DNA from: Gammaproteobacteria bacterium | GTDB taxonomy: Bacteria > Pseudomonadota > Gammaproteobacteria > Natronospirales > REEB76 | Assembly: GCA_049698775.1 (NCBI GenBank) | Contig: JBAVYM010000007.1 | Coordinates: 17,657-81,656 of the forward strand | DNA length: 64,000 bases | Direction: 5' to 3' | Shown here: piece after piece, positions 1 to 9,555 of the stretch | Position numbering within the stretch: the stretch's first letter is position 1 | Layout: every line of letters starts with the position of its first letter | The notes under the pieces: generated by a model | What the model saw: the letters and a program-made list of their open reading frames with translations, nothing else | The model's database searches: none | Told to the model about the DNA's origin: nothing | Program-made: the position numbers and the translations under genes

Positions 1-461
1 CCGCCCTGATGCACGATTTGGGCAAGGGCACGACACCCAAAGATGTATTGCCGCACCATTACGGTCACGAGGAGCGCAGCGTGCAACTCGTGGAAGCCTT
101 GTGCGAACGACTGCGGGTGCCGCGTGATTACCGCGAACTGGCGGTATTGGTGGCACGTTACCACGGCCTGGTGCATCGTGCCAAAGAATTGCGCGCGGAA
201 ACGCTGTTGAAACTGCTGCAGAACACCGACGCTTTCCGCCGGCCTGAGCGTTTTGAGCAATTCCTGCTGGCCTGCGAAGCCGACGCGCGTGGCCGCAAAG
301 GTTTGGAGGACGCGCCTTATCCGCAGGCGGCGTATTTGCGCCAGGCGTTGGACGCGGCGCGCGCCGTGAAAACGCCGGTGGCGGAATCCGGTGCGGAAAT
401 CGGCAGGCAACTGCATGCTGCGCGGCTCGAGGCCATCCGCGCGGCGCTCAGCCGCGATTGA
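1..461 (+). CDS. cca: CCA-adding tRNA nucleotidyltransferase, C-terminal HD-domain portion (5' end outside window)
   Basis: Frame of ORF 9..461 stays open to the window edge. HDLGKG, HHYGHE and ARYHG strings are colinear with the HD half of E. coli-type Cca as remembered. Confidence 0.85.
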   Translation, partial: ALMHDLGKGTTPKDVLPHHYGHEERSVQLVEALCERLRVPRDYRELAVLVARYHGLVHRAKELRAETLLKLLQNTDAFRRPERFEQFLLACEADARGRKGLEDAPYPQAAYLRQALDAARAVKTPVAESGAEIGRQLHAARLEAIRAALSRD

Positions 462-483
462 GCCCCGCTCAGTGCGTAGCCGC

Positions 484-1683
484 TTAGAGCGTATGGCTTA
501 AATCCCGCAAACTGAACCCGCGCAACGGCAGATCGAGATCCTTGAGAAAAGCCATGGCCTTGAAGCGCTCGCCCATCTCCTCCGGCAGAGTCAGCAGTTT
601 CACTTCTCGCGAAGTCTTCCAGTCAGTCGCCTGTTCCGCCAATTCCAGAGCCATCAGGAATTGCGCCTGGGTGGTGTAGCCCGCGAGCGTCAAACCTGCG
701 GCCGTGCCCGCTTCCGCCACCGCGGTGAAATCCACGTGCGCGGTAATATCCTGCAGACCGGGAAACAGGAAGGGATCGTCATGCGCGCGCTGGCGGTAAT
801 GGCACATGAGCGTGCCCATGTGGCGCTCGGGGTGGTAATAGGCGGCGCGCGTGTAACCGTAATCCACGAACAACAAGGCGCCGCGCGCGAGTGTGTCCGA
901 CAAACTATGGAAAAACGCCGGCAGCCGCGGACAAATCTCTGAGCGGTAATCCTCCACCAACGACACGGGCAAGGTGGCCTCGAACGCCCCCAGGGCGGCG
1001 TGCAATTCTGCGTGCGCCGATTGAAGTTGCCAGGCAAAACCGTTGCCTTTCGCAGTTACCTTGAATTCGTCGAAGCCGTCGTGCGACCGGCGAAAGCGGC
1101 TTACGGGCAGAGCATCCAGCACCTCGTTTGCCAGAATCACTCCGGAAAAAGCCTGCGGCAAATGTTCGAGCCATTGCACTCTTTCCAGCAGCACGGGCGC
1201 GCGTTCCGTCAACGTGCGCCGCTGGCGTTCACGCAGTTCCGCACTCACTTCAAGGATCAGGTAATGCCTCGGCAGGGATTTGCGGCGCGCAAGCTCCGCG
1301 AGCAGGTCCGCCGCCATGACACCGGAACCCGCGCCCAGTTCCAGGATATCGCCAGCACCGAGCGCCGCGAGTATTTCGGCAGACTGTAGCGCGAGGCAGC
1401 GGGAAAACAGCGGCGACAACTCCGGCGCGGTTACAAAATCCCCGGCCGCACCGAATTTGCGTGCGCCGGCGCTGTAATAGCCGAGACCCGGCGCGTACAG
1501 CGCCAGTTCCATGTAGCATTCGAAGCCGATGGCGCCGCCCTGCGCCGCGATCTCGGCCCGAATCCGCGTGCTCAGGCGTTCGCTGTGGGCGAGAGCGTCC
1601 GGCGAAGGCTCCGGCAGTTCCTGGATGGATTGGCGGATGGACAGCACGGGTTTCTGGTTTAATGAGCGCAGGCTTGAGGTCAC
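484..1683 (-). CDS. class I SAM-dependent methyltransferase, MidA/NDUFAF7 (DUF185)-like
   Basis: 399-aa ORF with ILELGAGSG SAM-binding motif. Family assignment is from memory of MidA-like proteins. Confidence 0.7.
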   Translation of the reverse strand: MTSSLRSLNQKPVLSIRQSIQELPEPSPDALAHSERLSTRIRAEIAAQGGAIGFECYMELALYAPGLGYYSAGARKFGAAGDFVTAPELSPLFSRCLALQSAEILAALGAGDILELGAGSGVMAADLLAELARRKSLPRHYLILEVSAELRERQRRTLTERAPVLLERVQWLEHLPQAFSGVILANEVLDALPVSRFRRSHDGFDEFKVTAKGNGFAWQLQSAHAELHAALGAFEATLPVSLVEDYRSEICPRLPAFFHSLSDTLARGALLFVDYGYTRAAYYHPERHMGTLMCHYRQRAHDDPFLFPGLQDITAHVDFTAVAEAGTAAGLTLAGYTTQAQFLMALELAEQATDWKTSREVKLLTLPEEMGERFKAMAFLKDLDLPLRGFSLRDLSHTL

Positions 1684-1694
1684 AAGGCAGAGTT

Positions 1695-2447
1695 ATGAGA
1701 AATGATACCCGAACGCTCAGCGGCAAAACCGCACTCATCACCGGCGCGGCGCGGCGCATTGGCGCGGTGGTCGCGCGGCGGCTGCACGCGGAAGGCATGA
1801 ACCTGGTACTGCATTACCGCAGTTCGGAACAAGATGCCAAAGCCCTGTGCCAATCCCTCAATGCGACACGTCGCGATTCGGCAGTGCTCGCGCAGGCGGA
1901 CCTGGCGGAGGTGGACGGTTTTGTTTCACTCATCAAAACCGCCCTGCAATGGGGCAGCCTCGACCTGCTGGTGAACAATGCCTCCACGTTTTATCCCACG
2001 CCCATTGGCAAGGTGAGCGAGCCGGATTGGGACAATCTCATGACCAGCAATCTCAAGGCGCCGTTCTTTCTGTCGCAGGCCGCGGCGCCGCATCTCAAGC
2101 AAAGCCACGGCGTCATCATCAACATGGTGGACATCCATGCACGCCGCCCCTTGCGCGAACACACCGTGTATTCCACCGCCAAGGCCGGCTTGGCCATGCT
2201 GACCCTTTCGCTGGCGCGGGAACTGGGGCCGGAGGTGCGCGTGAACGGCGTCGCCCCCGGTCCGATCCTGTGGCCTGCACAAGGACTCGATGAGAACGCC
2301 AAGCAAGCCATCCTCGACAACACCGCGCTCAAACGCGCCGGCTCGCCGGACGACATCGCTGGCGCCATCGTCTATCTGATGCGCGATGCGGAGTACGTCA
2401 CCGGCCAGATTCTGGCGATTGATGGAGGGCGGAGTATTGGTTGGTAG
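1695..2447 (+). CDS. short-chain dehydrogenase, pteridine reductase (FolM/PTR1-like)
   Basis: GKTALITGAARRIG Rossmann motif and YSTAK catalytic motif. Start set at ATG 1695 (MRNDTRT) because the upstream part of ORF 1461..2447 overlaps the divergent gene. Confidence 0.75.
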   Translation: MRNDTRTLSGKTALITGAARRIGAVVARRLHAEGMNLVLHYRSSEQDAKALCQSLNATRRDSAVLAQADLAEVDGFVSLIKTALQWGSLDLLVNNASTFYPTPIGKVSEPDWDNLMTSNLKAPFFLSQAAAPHLKQSHGVIINMVDIHARRPLREHTVYSTAKAGLAMLTLSLARELGPEVRVNGVAPGPILWPAQGLDENAKQAILDNTALKRAGSPDDIAGAIVYLMRDAEYVTGQILAIDGGRSIGW

Positions 2448-2556
2448 ACCATGATTCATACTCAAGTTAATGAATTTTGTACTGACTTACTCTGAAACAT
2501 TAGCATTGCCGAAGACATGGGATGAACAAAAGCGCTGCCTTGAAGTGCAAAAGGCG

Positions 2557-3393
2557 TTATTCGGCAACGCTCCGCGGACGTATATTTACAAATGATTTAC
2601 GCAAATCCCAATGACAATGCCATAGTGTCAATACAATCGAAAGCAGAATGGTCAGCATACGCGCAATATTGGCATCAGTATTCCCCAGGGCCGAATTGCC
2701 GGCACTGAACACCGTCCACCAGGAATTCATAAGTGCGTGCATAGCGATCGGTACCCAAAGGTTGTATTCCCACGTTACATACAGCCATGCAAACCAGAGG
2801 CTGCCTAGGCCCGTGATAATGAGAATACCGACAGAATCTCCGATTCCGTGTACCTCGTATAAATGGCCAATGGCAAAAAATACCGTCGGCAGAATGATCG
2901 AGAGCCAAAAGCCCATGCGCACTCGCCGGTAAAGCAGGCCAAAAGCAAAACCCCGGAACAGGATTTCCTCCGCGAAACCGGAAACAAATCCAAATACAAC
3001 TACTTGTAGCAGCACATCGACAGTAAGCGTTGCATGCCCGATCACACTGAATATGATCAGCATTGGCAAGCCTGAGAAGAAGCCCACCAGCCAGCCTGTT
3101 TTGAAATTCCCTTTTAACCCCAATTCGCACAGGGCCTGAAGTAGCGACCTGCGAAACAGGAACATGATTGCCAGAGTGCAGACTACCCACGCTACCACTT
3201 GTTGTGTGGTGTAAAGCGTAGCAAACAATAGCTGACTGTCAAATTTAGAAAGCGACAACTGATGAATGACTGTTGAAATCCCTATCCACCGCACCACTAT
3301 CTGCGGAACGACAACTAAGAACAGGAATACACCGATAATCCAGGCTATCTGAATGAGCCTATTCTTGGGTATGTGAGATCTAAGTTGAGCCAT
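2557..3393 (-). CDS. CPBP-family intramembrane glutamic endopeptidase (CAAX protease/Abi)
   Basis: Multi-TM 278-aa ORF with EEILFRG, FAIGH and HALMN motifs. GC content is visibly lower than that of its neighbours. Confidence 0.8.
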   Translation of the reverse strand: MAQLRSHIPKNRLIQIAWIIGVFLFLVVVPQIVVRWIGISTVIHQLSLSKFDSQLLFATLYTTQQVVAWVVCTLAIMFLFRRSLLQALCELGLKGNFKTGWLVGFFSGLPMLIIFSVIGHATLTVDVLLQVVVFGFVSGFAEEILFRGFAFGLLYRRVRMGFWLSIILPTVFFAIGHLYEVHGIGDSVGILIITGLGSLWFAWLYVTWEYNLWVPIAMHALMNSWWTVFSAGNSALGNTDANIARMLTILLSIVLTLWHCHWDLRKSFVNIRPRSVAE

Positions 3394-3505
3394 AGTTGAA
3401 TTTTAGCGAGAGCGTCACGCTATTCGACAATACACCCCTTGAGTAATCGAAATTGAACTTCCGCAATAAAGATGCTTGAAACGGCCTGGTAGCGATTCCG
3501 AACGA

Positions 3506-4828
3506 CTAATAAGCATTGACCAGATTTTGCCAGCCATATTTCCGGAGTGCTGGTCGCAGTGCTTCTGCACGCGATAACGCGCGTGCCGCCATCGCCGACG
3601 CCGGTCCGCAGTTACCGTTGGCGATGTAATAGAGTGCGGTCGAGAGTGAGGCTTCACTGCTGTCGCCGAGCGGATAACTCAGATCGTCCACCGCCGGGCA
3701 GGTGGGCGCGAAGCCGCTGAAATAATCTCCGAAGCCTGCCGCGTTGGTCATTTTAAAGGTCATTGGATACAGCACATTACTGCAAAAATTGAAGCCGTTT
3801 TCGCCTACCGGTTTGCCGAAGGTGGTGCTACCCACCGTCACCACGTCTATGTAAGGTTTTAGGGCGTTGATGAGCAGCTCGCTCGCTGAGGCGGTAGCGT
3901 CGGTGGTGATGATCACCACGCGGTTCAGGTTCAGCCCGTTTGTGACGGTCTGAAAGTCGAGTGTCTGATTTTGGTCCGTATGCAGGCTGTTGAAATTCAG
4001 CGTGGCAAAGGTTTGATTGGCGTCGCCGTTGCCGACGACAAGCGAACCGAGAAACTGCGCCACGGATAGCAGGCCGCCGCCGTTATAGCGCTCGTCAATA
4101 ATCAGCTCATTGTCGCCGTCCGACTGGAATTGTGCGAACGCCTGTTGCAGTTCGTCGGTGGAGGGCGTGATGAAATTCTGGAAAAAGAAATAGCCGACTT
4201 GGCGCCCCCCGGCGGTGAAGCTCTGCACCAGCGACACGTTCGGCTGGGTAATCACCGCCTCGGTGAGCGTAACGTTCTGCGTAGCGCCGCCGGGTGCCTG
4301 ATATTCGAGACTGATTGTGGCGCCCAGCTGCTCGGAACCAAAAGCAAATCCCAGCTGATTATTGGCAATGAGCGTCACCACCGGCGTACCGTTGATAGAC
4401 AGGATGTAACCGCCGCGCACAAAGCCGGCACTTGCGGCGGGACTGTCAGGATAAACGTCGGTCAACTGCAACTGGTTACCGTTGACGATCTCTTCGCTGA
4501 TGCCGACGCCGACGTACTGGCCAGCGCCGTAAAACGCCTGATTGGACGCCTGAGTAGTGATATAGCTGAAGCGGTCCAGCGGTTGGTACAGCAGCGCGTC
4601 CAGAAACGAAGTGGTGTCGCTGTAGCTTGCGGGATCAACATTGCCCGGCAAGTACTGGTTCCAGTAATACCAGGATTGCATGATGGCAAGAATTTGCTGG
4701 TTCTGGCCGGTGATCGAGCAAGTGCCGGCGGTGGTTTGCGCTTGCGACACGCCGCCTGAGCCACCGCCGCAACCGGACACCAGCAATACCAGCACACATA
4801 CCCATGAACCGGTCAGCAGCTTGCGCAT
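3506..4828 (-). CDS. S41-peptidase-like lipoprotein with PDZ-like segment
   Basis: Signal peptide with LVSGC lipobox. Contains a PDZ-like GFVRGGYILSINGTPV segment and an S41-like VVIITTDATASASELL region. Confidence 0.7.
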   Translation of the reverse strand: MRKLLTGSWVCVLVLLVSGCGGGSGGVSQAQTTAGTCSITGQNQQILAIMQSWYYWNQYLPGNVDPASYSDTTSFLDALLYQPLDRFSYITTQASNQAFYGAGQYVGVGISEEIVNGNQLQLTDVYPDSPAASAGFVRGGYILSINGTPVVTLIANNQLGFAFGSEQLGATISLEYQAPGGATQNVTLTEAVITQPNVSLVQSFTAGGRQVGYFFFQNFITPSTDELQQAFAQFQSDGDNELIIDERYNGGGLLSVAQFLGSLVVGNGDANQTFATLNFNSLHTDQNQTLDFQTVTNGLNLNRVVIITTDATASASELLINALKPYIDVVTVGSTTFGKPVGENGFNFCSNVLYPMTFKMTNAAGFGDYFSGFAPTCPAVDDLSYPLGDSSEASLSTALYYIANGNCGPASAMAARALSRAEALRPALRKYGWQNLVNAY

Positions 4829-4858
4829 GGGAAACTTCCGCGTGTTTCGACCAGCCTG

Positions 4859-5347
4859 TTATAAACCCTGAAGCACCACCGCCACAAGCGGCTGGCCGGC
4901 GGCGTCGAACGCTCGCCAGTGCTCAGCGAAACTCCTTCCGGTGAGCGGATGGCGCCGTTCGGGGGCAAGGTCCGTGAGCGGCTTGAGCACATAGGCGTAT
5001 TTGAGGATTTCCCGGCGCGGCAATTTTAGCGGGGATTCCGAAATCAAATCGCCGTATAAGAGCAGGTCCAGGTCCAGAGTACGGGGCGCAAACCGCGGAC
5101 CGCCGCGCGTGCGGCCGCATTGCAATTCGATTTCGTCCAACGCCGCATGCACACTGGCGGCGTTCTGATTGCTTTCGAACTTCACCGCCAGATTCAGGAA
5201 ATCGTCGCCCTTGAACCCCACGGCGGGATTGCGGTACACAGGCGACACGCGCAGCACGCCGAAGCGCTGGCGCAAACCCCGCACGGCTTCGCGCACCCGC
5301 CGCTCGGGTTCGACGTTGCTGCCGATGCCCACAAAAACCTCGGTCAT
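4859..5347 (-). CDS. folK: 2-amino-4-hydroxy-6-hydroxymethyldihydropteridine diphosphokinase
   Basis: 162 aa. VFVGIGSN and LDLDLLLYGD motifs are typical of HPPK. Overlaps the folB stop by 4 nt. Confidence 0.9.
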   Translation of the reverse strand: MTEVFVGIGSNVEPERRVREAVRGLRQRFGVLRVSPVYRNPAVGFKGDDFLNLAVKFESNQNAASVHAALDEIELQCGRTRGGPRFAPRTLDLDLLLYGDLISESPLKLPRREILKYAYVLKPLTDLAPERRHPLTGRSFAEHWRAFDAAGQPLVAVVLQGL

Positions 5348-5703
5348 GCGGATGGGCTGCCGCGTTCGATGCTTACGCCCACGCTCTTGCTGCCGCTGAC
5401 CGCGCCGGGTTTGTGCAGCGTGACTATCACGTGTTTGACCTTGAATTCGTCGAGGATGAGCTGGGCGACTTTCTCCGCCAGCGTTTCCACCAACTGGAAT
5501 TGCGCTTCACTCACGAACTGGGCCACGCGCTTCGCGACCGCCTTGTAATCCAGGGTGTCCTCGATGCGATCGCTTTTGGCGGCGCGGCCGATGTCGGCGC
5601 TCATGTCCAGATCGAGGCTCACGATCTGCTTGATGCGCCGTTCCCAATCGTAAATGCCGACGACGGTCTCGATGCGCAGATCGCGGATGAAAACAATGTC
5701 CAT
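5344..5703 (-). CDS. folB: dihydroneopterin aldolase
   Basis: 119 aa from ATG at 5703 (MDIVFIRDLRIETVVGIYDWER), a typical FolB N-terminus. The longer ORF 5344..5979 overlaps tsaD and was trimmed. Confidence 0.9.
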   Translation of the reverse strand: MDIVFIRDLRIETVVGIYDWERRIKQIVSLDLDMSADIGRAAKSDRIEDTLDYKAVAKRVAQFVSEAQFQLVETLAEKVAQLILDEFKVKHVIVTLHKPGAVSGSKSVGVSIERGSPSA

Positions 5704-5717
5704 GTCAGTCCTTTTAT

Positions 5718-6728
5718 TCAAGGCGCCACAAGGCTGTCCAGCGGCCAGCGCGCGGTCACAGCCAGGGAGGCGGGCTTTGCGTCTTGCGCCAGCCGCAAGC
5801 AGCCGGCGTACGCGATCATGGCGCCGTTGTCGGTGCAAAACTCGAGACGCGGATAAAACACTTCGCCGCCGAGCTGCCGCACACGTTCTTGCAGGCGCAC
5901 GCGCAACGAACGGTTCGCACCTACGCCGCCTGCCACCACCAAACGTCGCTGGCCGGTTTCCACAAGCGCACGTTCGCATTTGATCATCAGCGTATCCACC
6001 ACCGCGTCTTCGAAAGCGCGCGCCAGATCGGCTTTGGTCTGGATGTCATCCGGCGCGGTTTTGAGCGCGGTAAGCACCGCGGTCTTGAGCCCGCTGAAAC
6101 TGAAATCCAATCCTGGCCGGTCGGTCATGGGCCGCGGCAATTTGAAGCGTCCGGCCACGCCCTGTTCCGCCAGTTTTGCCAGGGCCGGCCCGCCGGGATA
6201 GGGCAAACCCAGAAGTTTCGCCACCTTGTCGAAGGCTTCGCCGGCGGCGTCGTCCACTGACTCGCCCAGGGTCCGGTATTGCCCCACACCCCGGACATCC
6301 ACCAGCAGGGTATGGCCGCCCGACACCAGCAGCGCCACGAACGGAAAGGCCGGTGATGGGGTTTCGAGCATAGGTGCGAGCAGATGGCCTTCCATGTGGT
6401 GGATGCCGATGGCGGGAATCTTCCAGGCAAAAGCCAGGGCTCGCGCCAAGCAGGCGCCCACCAACAAGGCGCCCATGAGGCCGGGGCCGGCGGTATAGGC
6501 AATGCCGTCAATCTGTTCGGGGCGGGTGTCCGCCTCGGCGAGCGCCATGCGGATCATGGGCAGCAGCTTGCGGATGTGGTCTCGCGAGGCGAGTTCCGGC
6601 ACCACGCCACCATATTCGGCATGCAGCGGAATCTGACTGTACAAGGCATGCGCCAACAGCCCGCGTTCGGCGTCATACACGGCGACGCCGGTTTCATCAC
6701 AGGAGGTTTCGATGCCCAAGACCCGCAT
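5718..6728 (-). CDS. tsaD: tRNA N6-adenosine threonylcarbamoyltransferase
   Basis: 336 aa with [15 protein letters not shown]-terminus and HHMEGH motif. Divergent from rpsU, as in many Proteobacteria. Confidence 0.95.
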   Translation of the reverse strand: MRVLGIETSCDETGVAVYDAERGLLAHALYSQIPLHAEYGGVVPELASRDHIRKLLPMIRMALAEADTRPEQIDGIAYTAGPGLMGALLVGACLARALAFAWKIPAIGIHHMEGHLLAPMLETPSPAFPFVALLVSGGHTLLVDVRGVGQYRTLGESVDDAAGEAFDKVAKLLGLPYPGGPALAKLAEQGVAGRFKLPRPMTDRPGLDFSFSGLKTAVLTALKTAPDDIQTKADLARAFEDAVVDTLMIKCERALVETGQRRLVVAGGVGANRSLRVRLQERVRQLGGEVFYPRLEFCTDNGAMIAYAGCLRLAQDAKPASLAVTARWPLDSLVAP

Positions 6729-6823
6729 TTCTTTGCAATTCTACACGCCGGTCGGTAAAATTCCCGCCCTTTCCGGCCGGCCCCGGGCCGTCCAAGCCAC
6801 AGATTATTGAAGGTGAGAACTGA

Positions 6824-7039
6824 ATGCCCAGCGTCCGCGTGAAGGAAAACGAGCACTTTGATGCCGCCCTGCGCCGCTTCAAACGCTCCTGCGAAAAAGC
6901 CGGCGTCATGACCGAGTTGCGCCGCCGCGAGTTTTACGAAAAGCCCACCCAGGAGCGCAAGCGCAAGCAGGCCGCCGCCGTGAAGCGCCACCTGAAGAAA
7001 CTTTCCCGCGAGCAGTCACGCCATATCCGCCTGTACTGA
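6824..7039 (+). CDS. rpsU: 30S ribosomal protein S21
   Basis: 71 aa; [27 protein letters not shown] is near-identical in pattern to S21. Confidence 0.97.
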   Translation: MPSVRVKENEHFDAALRRFKRSCEKAGVMTELRRREFYEKPTQERKRKQAAAVKRHLKKLSREQSRHIRLY

Positions 7040-7076
7040 TTCGGTTCGAAGTCCAGGTTCCCGAGCTATCACAGAC

Positions 7077-7109
7077 GGCGCTTTCCAGTTGAAAGCGCCG
7101 TTTCGTTTT
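7077..7109 (+). terminator. intrinsic terminator/attenuator after rpsU
   Basis: GGCGCTTTC-cagtt-GAAAGCGCC (9 bp) followed by GTTTCGTTTT. Same position as the partial terminator in the E. coli rpsU-dnaG-rpoD operon. Confidence 0.75.
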
Positions 7110-7122
7110 GGAGGTTGCACGC

Positions 7123-7569
7123 ATGTCGCTGAAAGACCGCCTTACCAATGACATGAAGGACGCACTGCGCGCCGGCAACAAACCACGTCTGTCGGTTATC
7201 CGCATGATGCTCGCGGCGGTCAAACAGCGCGAAGTGGACGAACGCATCCAGCTTGACGACACCCAGGTGCTGGCGGTGCTGGACAAGATGCTGAAACAGC
7301 ACCGCGAATCGGTGGCGCAATACGAAATAGGCAAACGCCAGGATCTGGTGGATCAGGAGCTCGCGGAAATCAAGCTGATCCAGACCTATCTGCCGGCACA
7401 GCTTTCCGAAGCCGAACTGGATCGGCTGATCATGGATGCCATCCAGTCCACCGGCGCCGGTTCCATCAAGGATATGGGCAAGGTCATGGGCCTGCTCAAA
7501 TCCCAGGTGCAGGGCCGCGCCGACATGGGCGCCGTGAGCGCGCGCATCAAGGCGAAATTGGGCGGCTGA
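7123..7569 (+). CDS. GatB/YqeY domain protein
   Basis: MSLKDRLTNDMKDALRAG... matches the YqeY family pattern. Start chosen at ATG 7123. Confidence 0.85.
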   Translation: MSLKDRLTNDMKDALRAGNKPRLSVIRMMLAAVKQREVDERIQLDDTQVLAVLDKMLKQHRESVAQYEIGKRQDLVDQELAEIKLIQTYLPAQLSEAELDRLIMDAIQSTGAGSIKDMGKVMGLLKSQVQGRADMGAVSARIKAKLGG

Positions 7570-7628
7570 CGGTTCGCGTTCGTGTCCGCGCAAATCGTGG
7601 ACGTAGTCTATTCTTGTAAAGTCCTTGC

Positions 7629-7708
7629 GGTGAGGAGTGAGGGGTGAGGAGTGAGGAATAAATGCCTTGCTCATGCCTGCTCCTCACCCTTCACGCCTCA
7701 CCCCTCAC
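7629..7708. repeat. imperfect 28-nt inverted repeat built from GTGAGGR heptads, 23-nt loop
   Basis: Left arm GGTGAGGAGTGAGGGGTGAGGAGTGAGGA (7629..7657). Right arm TCCTCACCCTTCACGCCTCACCCCTCAC (7681..7708). 24 of 28 positions are complementary. It sits 8 nt upstream of the dnaG ATG. Confidence 0.8.
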
Positions 7709-7715
7709 TGTTCAA

Positions 7716-9461
7716 ATGGCGCGTATTCCACAAGCCTTCATTGACGAACTCATCAGCCGCGTGGACATCGTGGAAGTGATTGACGCGCGCGTGCCGCTCA
7801 AAAAACACGGCCGGGAATTCACCGCGTGCTGTCCTTTCCATAACGAGAAAACCCCGTCTTTCACCGTCAGTCCCACCAAACAGTTCTTCCATTGTTTCGG
7901 CTGTGGCGTCCACGGCACCGCGCTCGGTTTTCTCATGGATTACGAACACCTGGATTTCGTGGAAGCCGTGCGCCAGCTCGCGTCCCTGGTTGGCATGGAG
8001 GTGCCACTGGACGCAGGCGAAACCCGCTCGGATCAGGTGCCGTTGTACGCCGCGCTGGATCAGGCTGCGCGTATTTACCGCGAAGCGCTCAAACACAATT
8101 CGCCGGCGATTGCGTATCTCAAACACCGCGGTCTGAGCGGCGAGATCGCGGCGGAATTCGGCATCGGTTTCGCGCCCTCAGGTTGGGACACGCTGCTCAC
8201 GGCCCTGGGCAAGGACGACGCGGCGCAAAAAAATCTGTTGGCGGCGGGGCTGGTTATCCGCAAGGATGGTGGCGGCTATTACGACCGTTTCCGCGAACGT
8301 ATCGTGTTCCCGATCCGCGACAGCCGCGGACGCATCATCGCCTTCGGTGGCCGCGTGCTGGACAAAGAGGAACCAAAATACCTGAATTCGCCGGAAACAC
8401 CGTTATTCCACAAGGGCCGGGAGCTTTACGGTTTGTATGAAGCGCGCCAGGCGCTGCGGGACATCCCGCGTTTGCTGGTGGTGGAAGGCTACATGGACGT
8501 AGTGGCGCTGCATCAGCACGGCTTGCGCTATGCCGTCGCCACGCTCGGCACCGCGACCACCGCTGATCACCTGCAACGCCTGTTCCGCGTGACCGCGGAA
8601 GTTGTGTTCTGTTTCGATGGCGACCGCGCCGGCCGGGGAGCGGCCTGGCGGGCGCTGGAAAACGTCCTGCCCGAAGCGCACGAGGGCCGGCAGATCAAAT
8701 TCCTGTTCCTGCCGGAAGGCGAAGACCCGGACAGCCTGGTGCGCAAGGAAGGCAAAGATGCCTTCGAGGCCCGCTTAAAGGATGCAGTGCCCTTGTCCCG
8801 CTTTCTCCTGGACAGCCTCGCTTCCCAAACCGACGTGAGCAGCTTGGACGGCCGGGCGCGGCTGGTGGAACTGGCCCGGCCGCACTTGGCCCGCCTGCCC
8901 GCGGGGGTCTATCGGGAAATGCTGGTGGCGGAACTCGAGCAGCGGGCCCAAGTGAATCCCGGAAAATTGTCTATGCTTAGTCAGACGCTGGCCGGGCCGC
9001 GGCCGAGGGCTGCGTCTCCAGGCCGGCCGACCCTCACGGGACCGGTCCGCAAGGCCATCGCCCTGTTGCTCAACCAGCCGGCGCTGGCGGCCTTGGCAGG
9101 CGACCCTGCAGCCCTGGAGGGCTCGGGGCTCAAGGGTGCGGAAGTGCTGAAGACGGTGCTGGAATTCGCTCTGGCCCACCCCCATATTTCCGGGGCGGGC
9201 CTGCTGGAGCACTGGCGGGACACGGAAACCGGGAGCTATTTGATGAAACTTGCCCAGGCGGAACTGGTCACCCCGGCAGAGGCCATGCCAAGCGAATTCA
9301 AGGCCGTCATGGCGGACTTGGTAGGCGGCCGACCGGATGACCGGCGCTTCATGGAATTGCGCGCGAAAGTGGAAAGCATGGGCTTTGAGGCCCTGACCGA
9401 GCCGGAAAAGCTCGAGTTTCGGCGGCTTCACATACGGCGTCCGAGCGGGCCCAAGCCATGA
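7716..9461 (+). CDS. dnaG: DNA primase
   Basis: MARIPQAFIDELISRVDIVEVI N-terminus, CPFHNEKTPSF zinc-ribbon motif and EGYMDV Toprim motif. Start at ATG 7716. Confidence 0.95.
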   Translation: MARIPQAFIDELISRVDIVEVIDARVPLKKHGREFTACCPFHNEKTPSFTVSPTKQFFHCFGCGVHGTALGFLMDYEHLDFVEAVRQLASLVGMEVPLDAGETRSDQVPLYAALDQAARIYREALKHNSPAIAYLKHRGLSGEIAAEFGIGFAPSGWDTLLTALGKDDAAQKNLLAAGLVIRKDGGGYYDRFRERIVFPIRDSRGRIIAFGGRVLDKEEPKYLNSPETPLFHKGRELYGLYEARQALRDIPRLLVVEGYMDVVALHQHGLRYAVATLGTATTADHLQRLFRVTAEVVFCFDGDRAGRGAAWRALENVLPEAHEGRQIKFLFLPEGEDPDSLVRKEGKDAFEARLKDAVPLSRFLLDSLASQTDVSSLDGRARLVELARPHLARLPAGVYREMLVAELEQRAQVNPGKLSMLSQTLAGPRPRAASPGRPTLTGPVRKAIALLLNQPALAALAGDPAALEGSGLKGAEVLKTVLEFALAHPHISGAGLLEHWRDTETGSYLMKLAQAELVTPAEAMPSEFKAVMADLVGGRPDDRRFMELRAKVESMGFEALTEPEKLEFRRLHIRRPSGPKP

Positions 9462-9495
9462 AGCAGTTGATTTACCTGGAAAAACTGAGGTTTTC

Positions 9496-9504
9496 TGATA
9501 AAAT
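9496..9504 (+). promoter_or_regulatory. possible extended -10 element (TGaTAAAAT) in the dnaG-rpoD spacer
   Basis: TGATAAAAT at 9496..9504. The -35 (CTGGAA) is poor. Sequence match only. Confidence 0.3.
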
Positions 9505-9518
9505 TAGCGGTTCACTTC

Positions 9519-9542
9519 CGGCGCCGACCAGGCGCCGTTTTT
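9519..9542 (+). terminator. terminator-like GC hairpin plus T5, 14 nt upstream of the rpoD start codon
   Basis: CGGCGCC-gacca-GGCGCCG (7 GC pairs) followed by TTTTT. The rpoD ATG is at 9556. Confidence 0.6.
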
Positions 9543-9555
9543 CGCACGAGACACC

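Noticed and set aside
7629-7708. CRISPR-like or minisatellite array
   Set aside because: It has only four 7-nt units per arm, arranged as an inverted repeat. There are no spacers of CRISPR size and no cas genes in the window.
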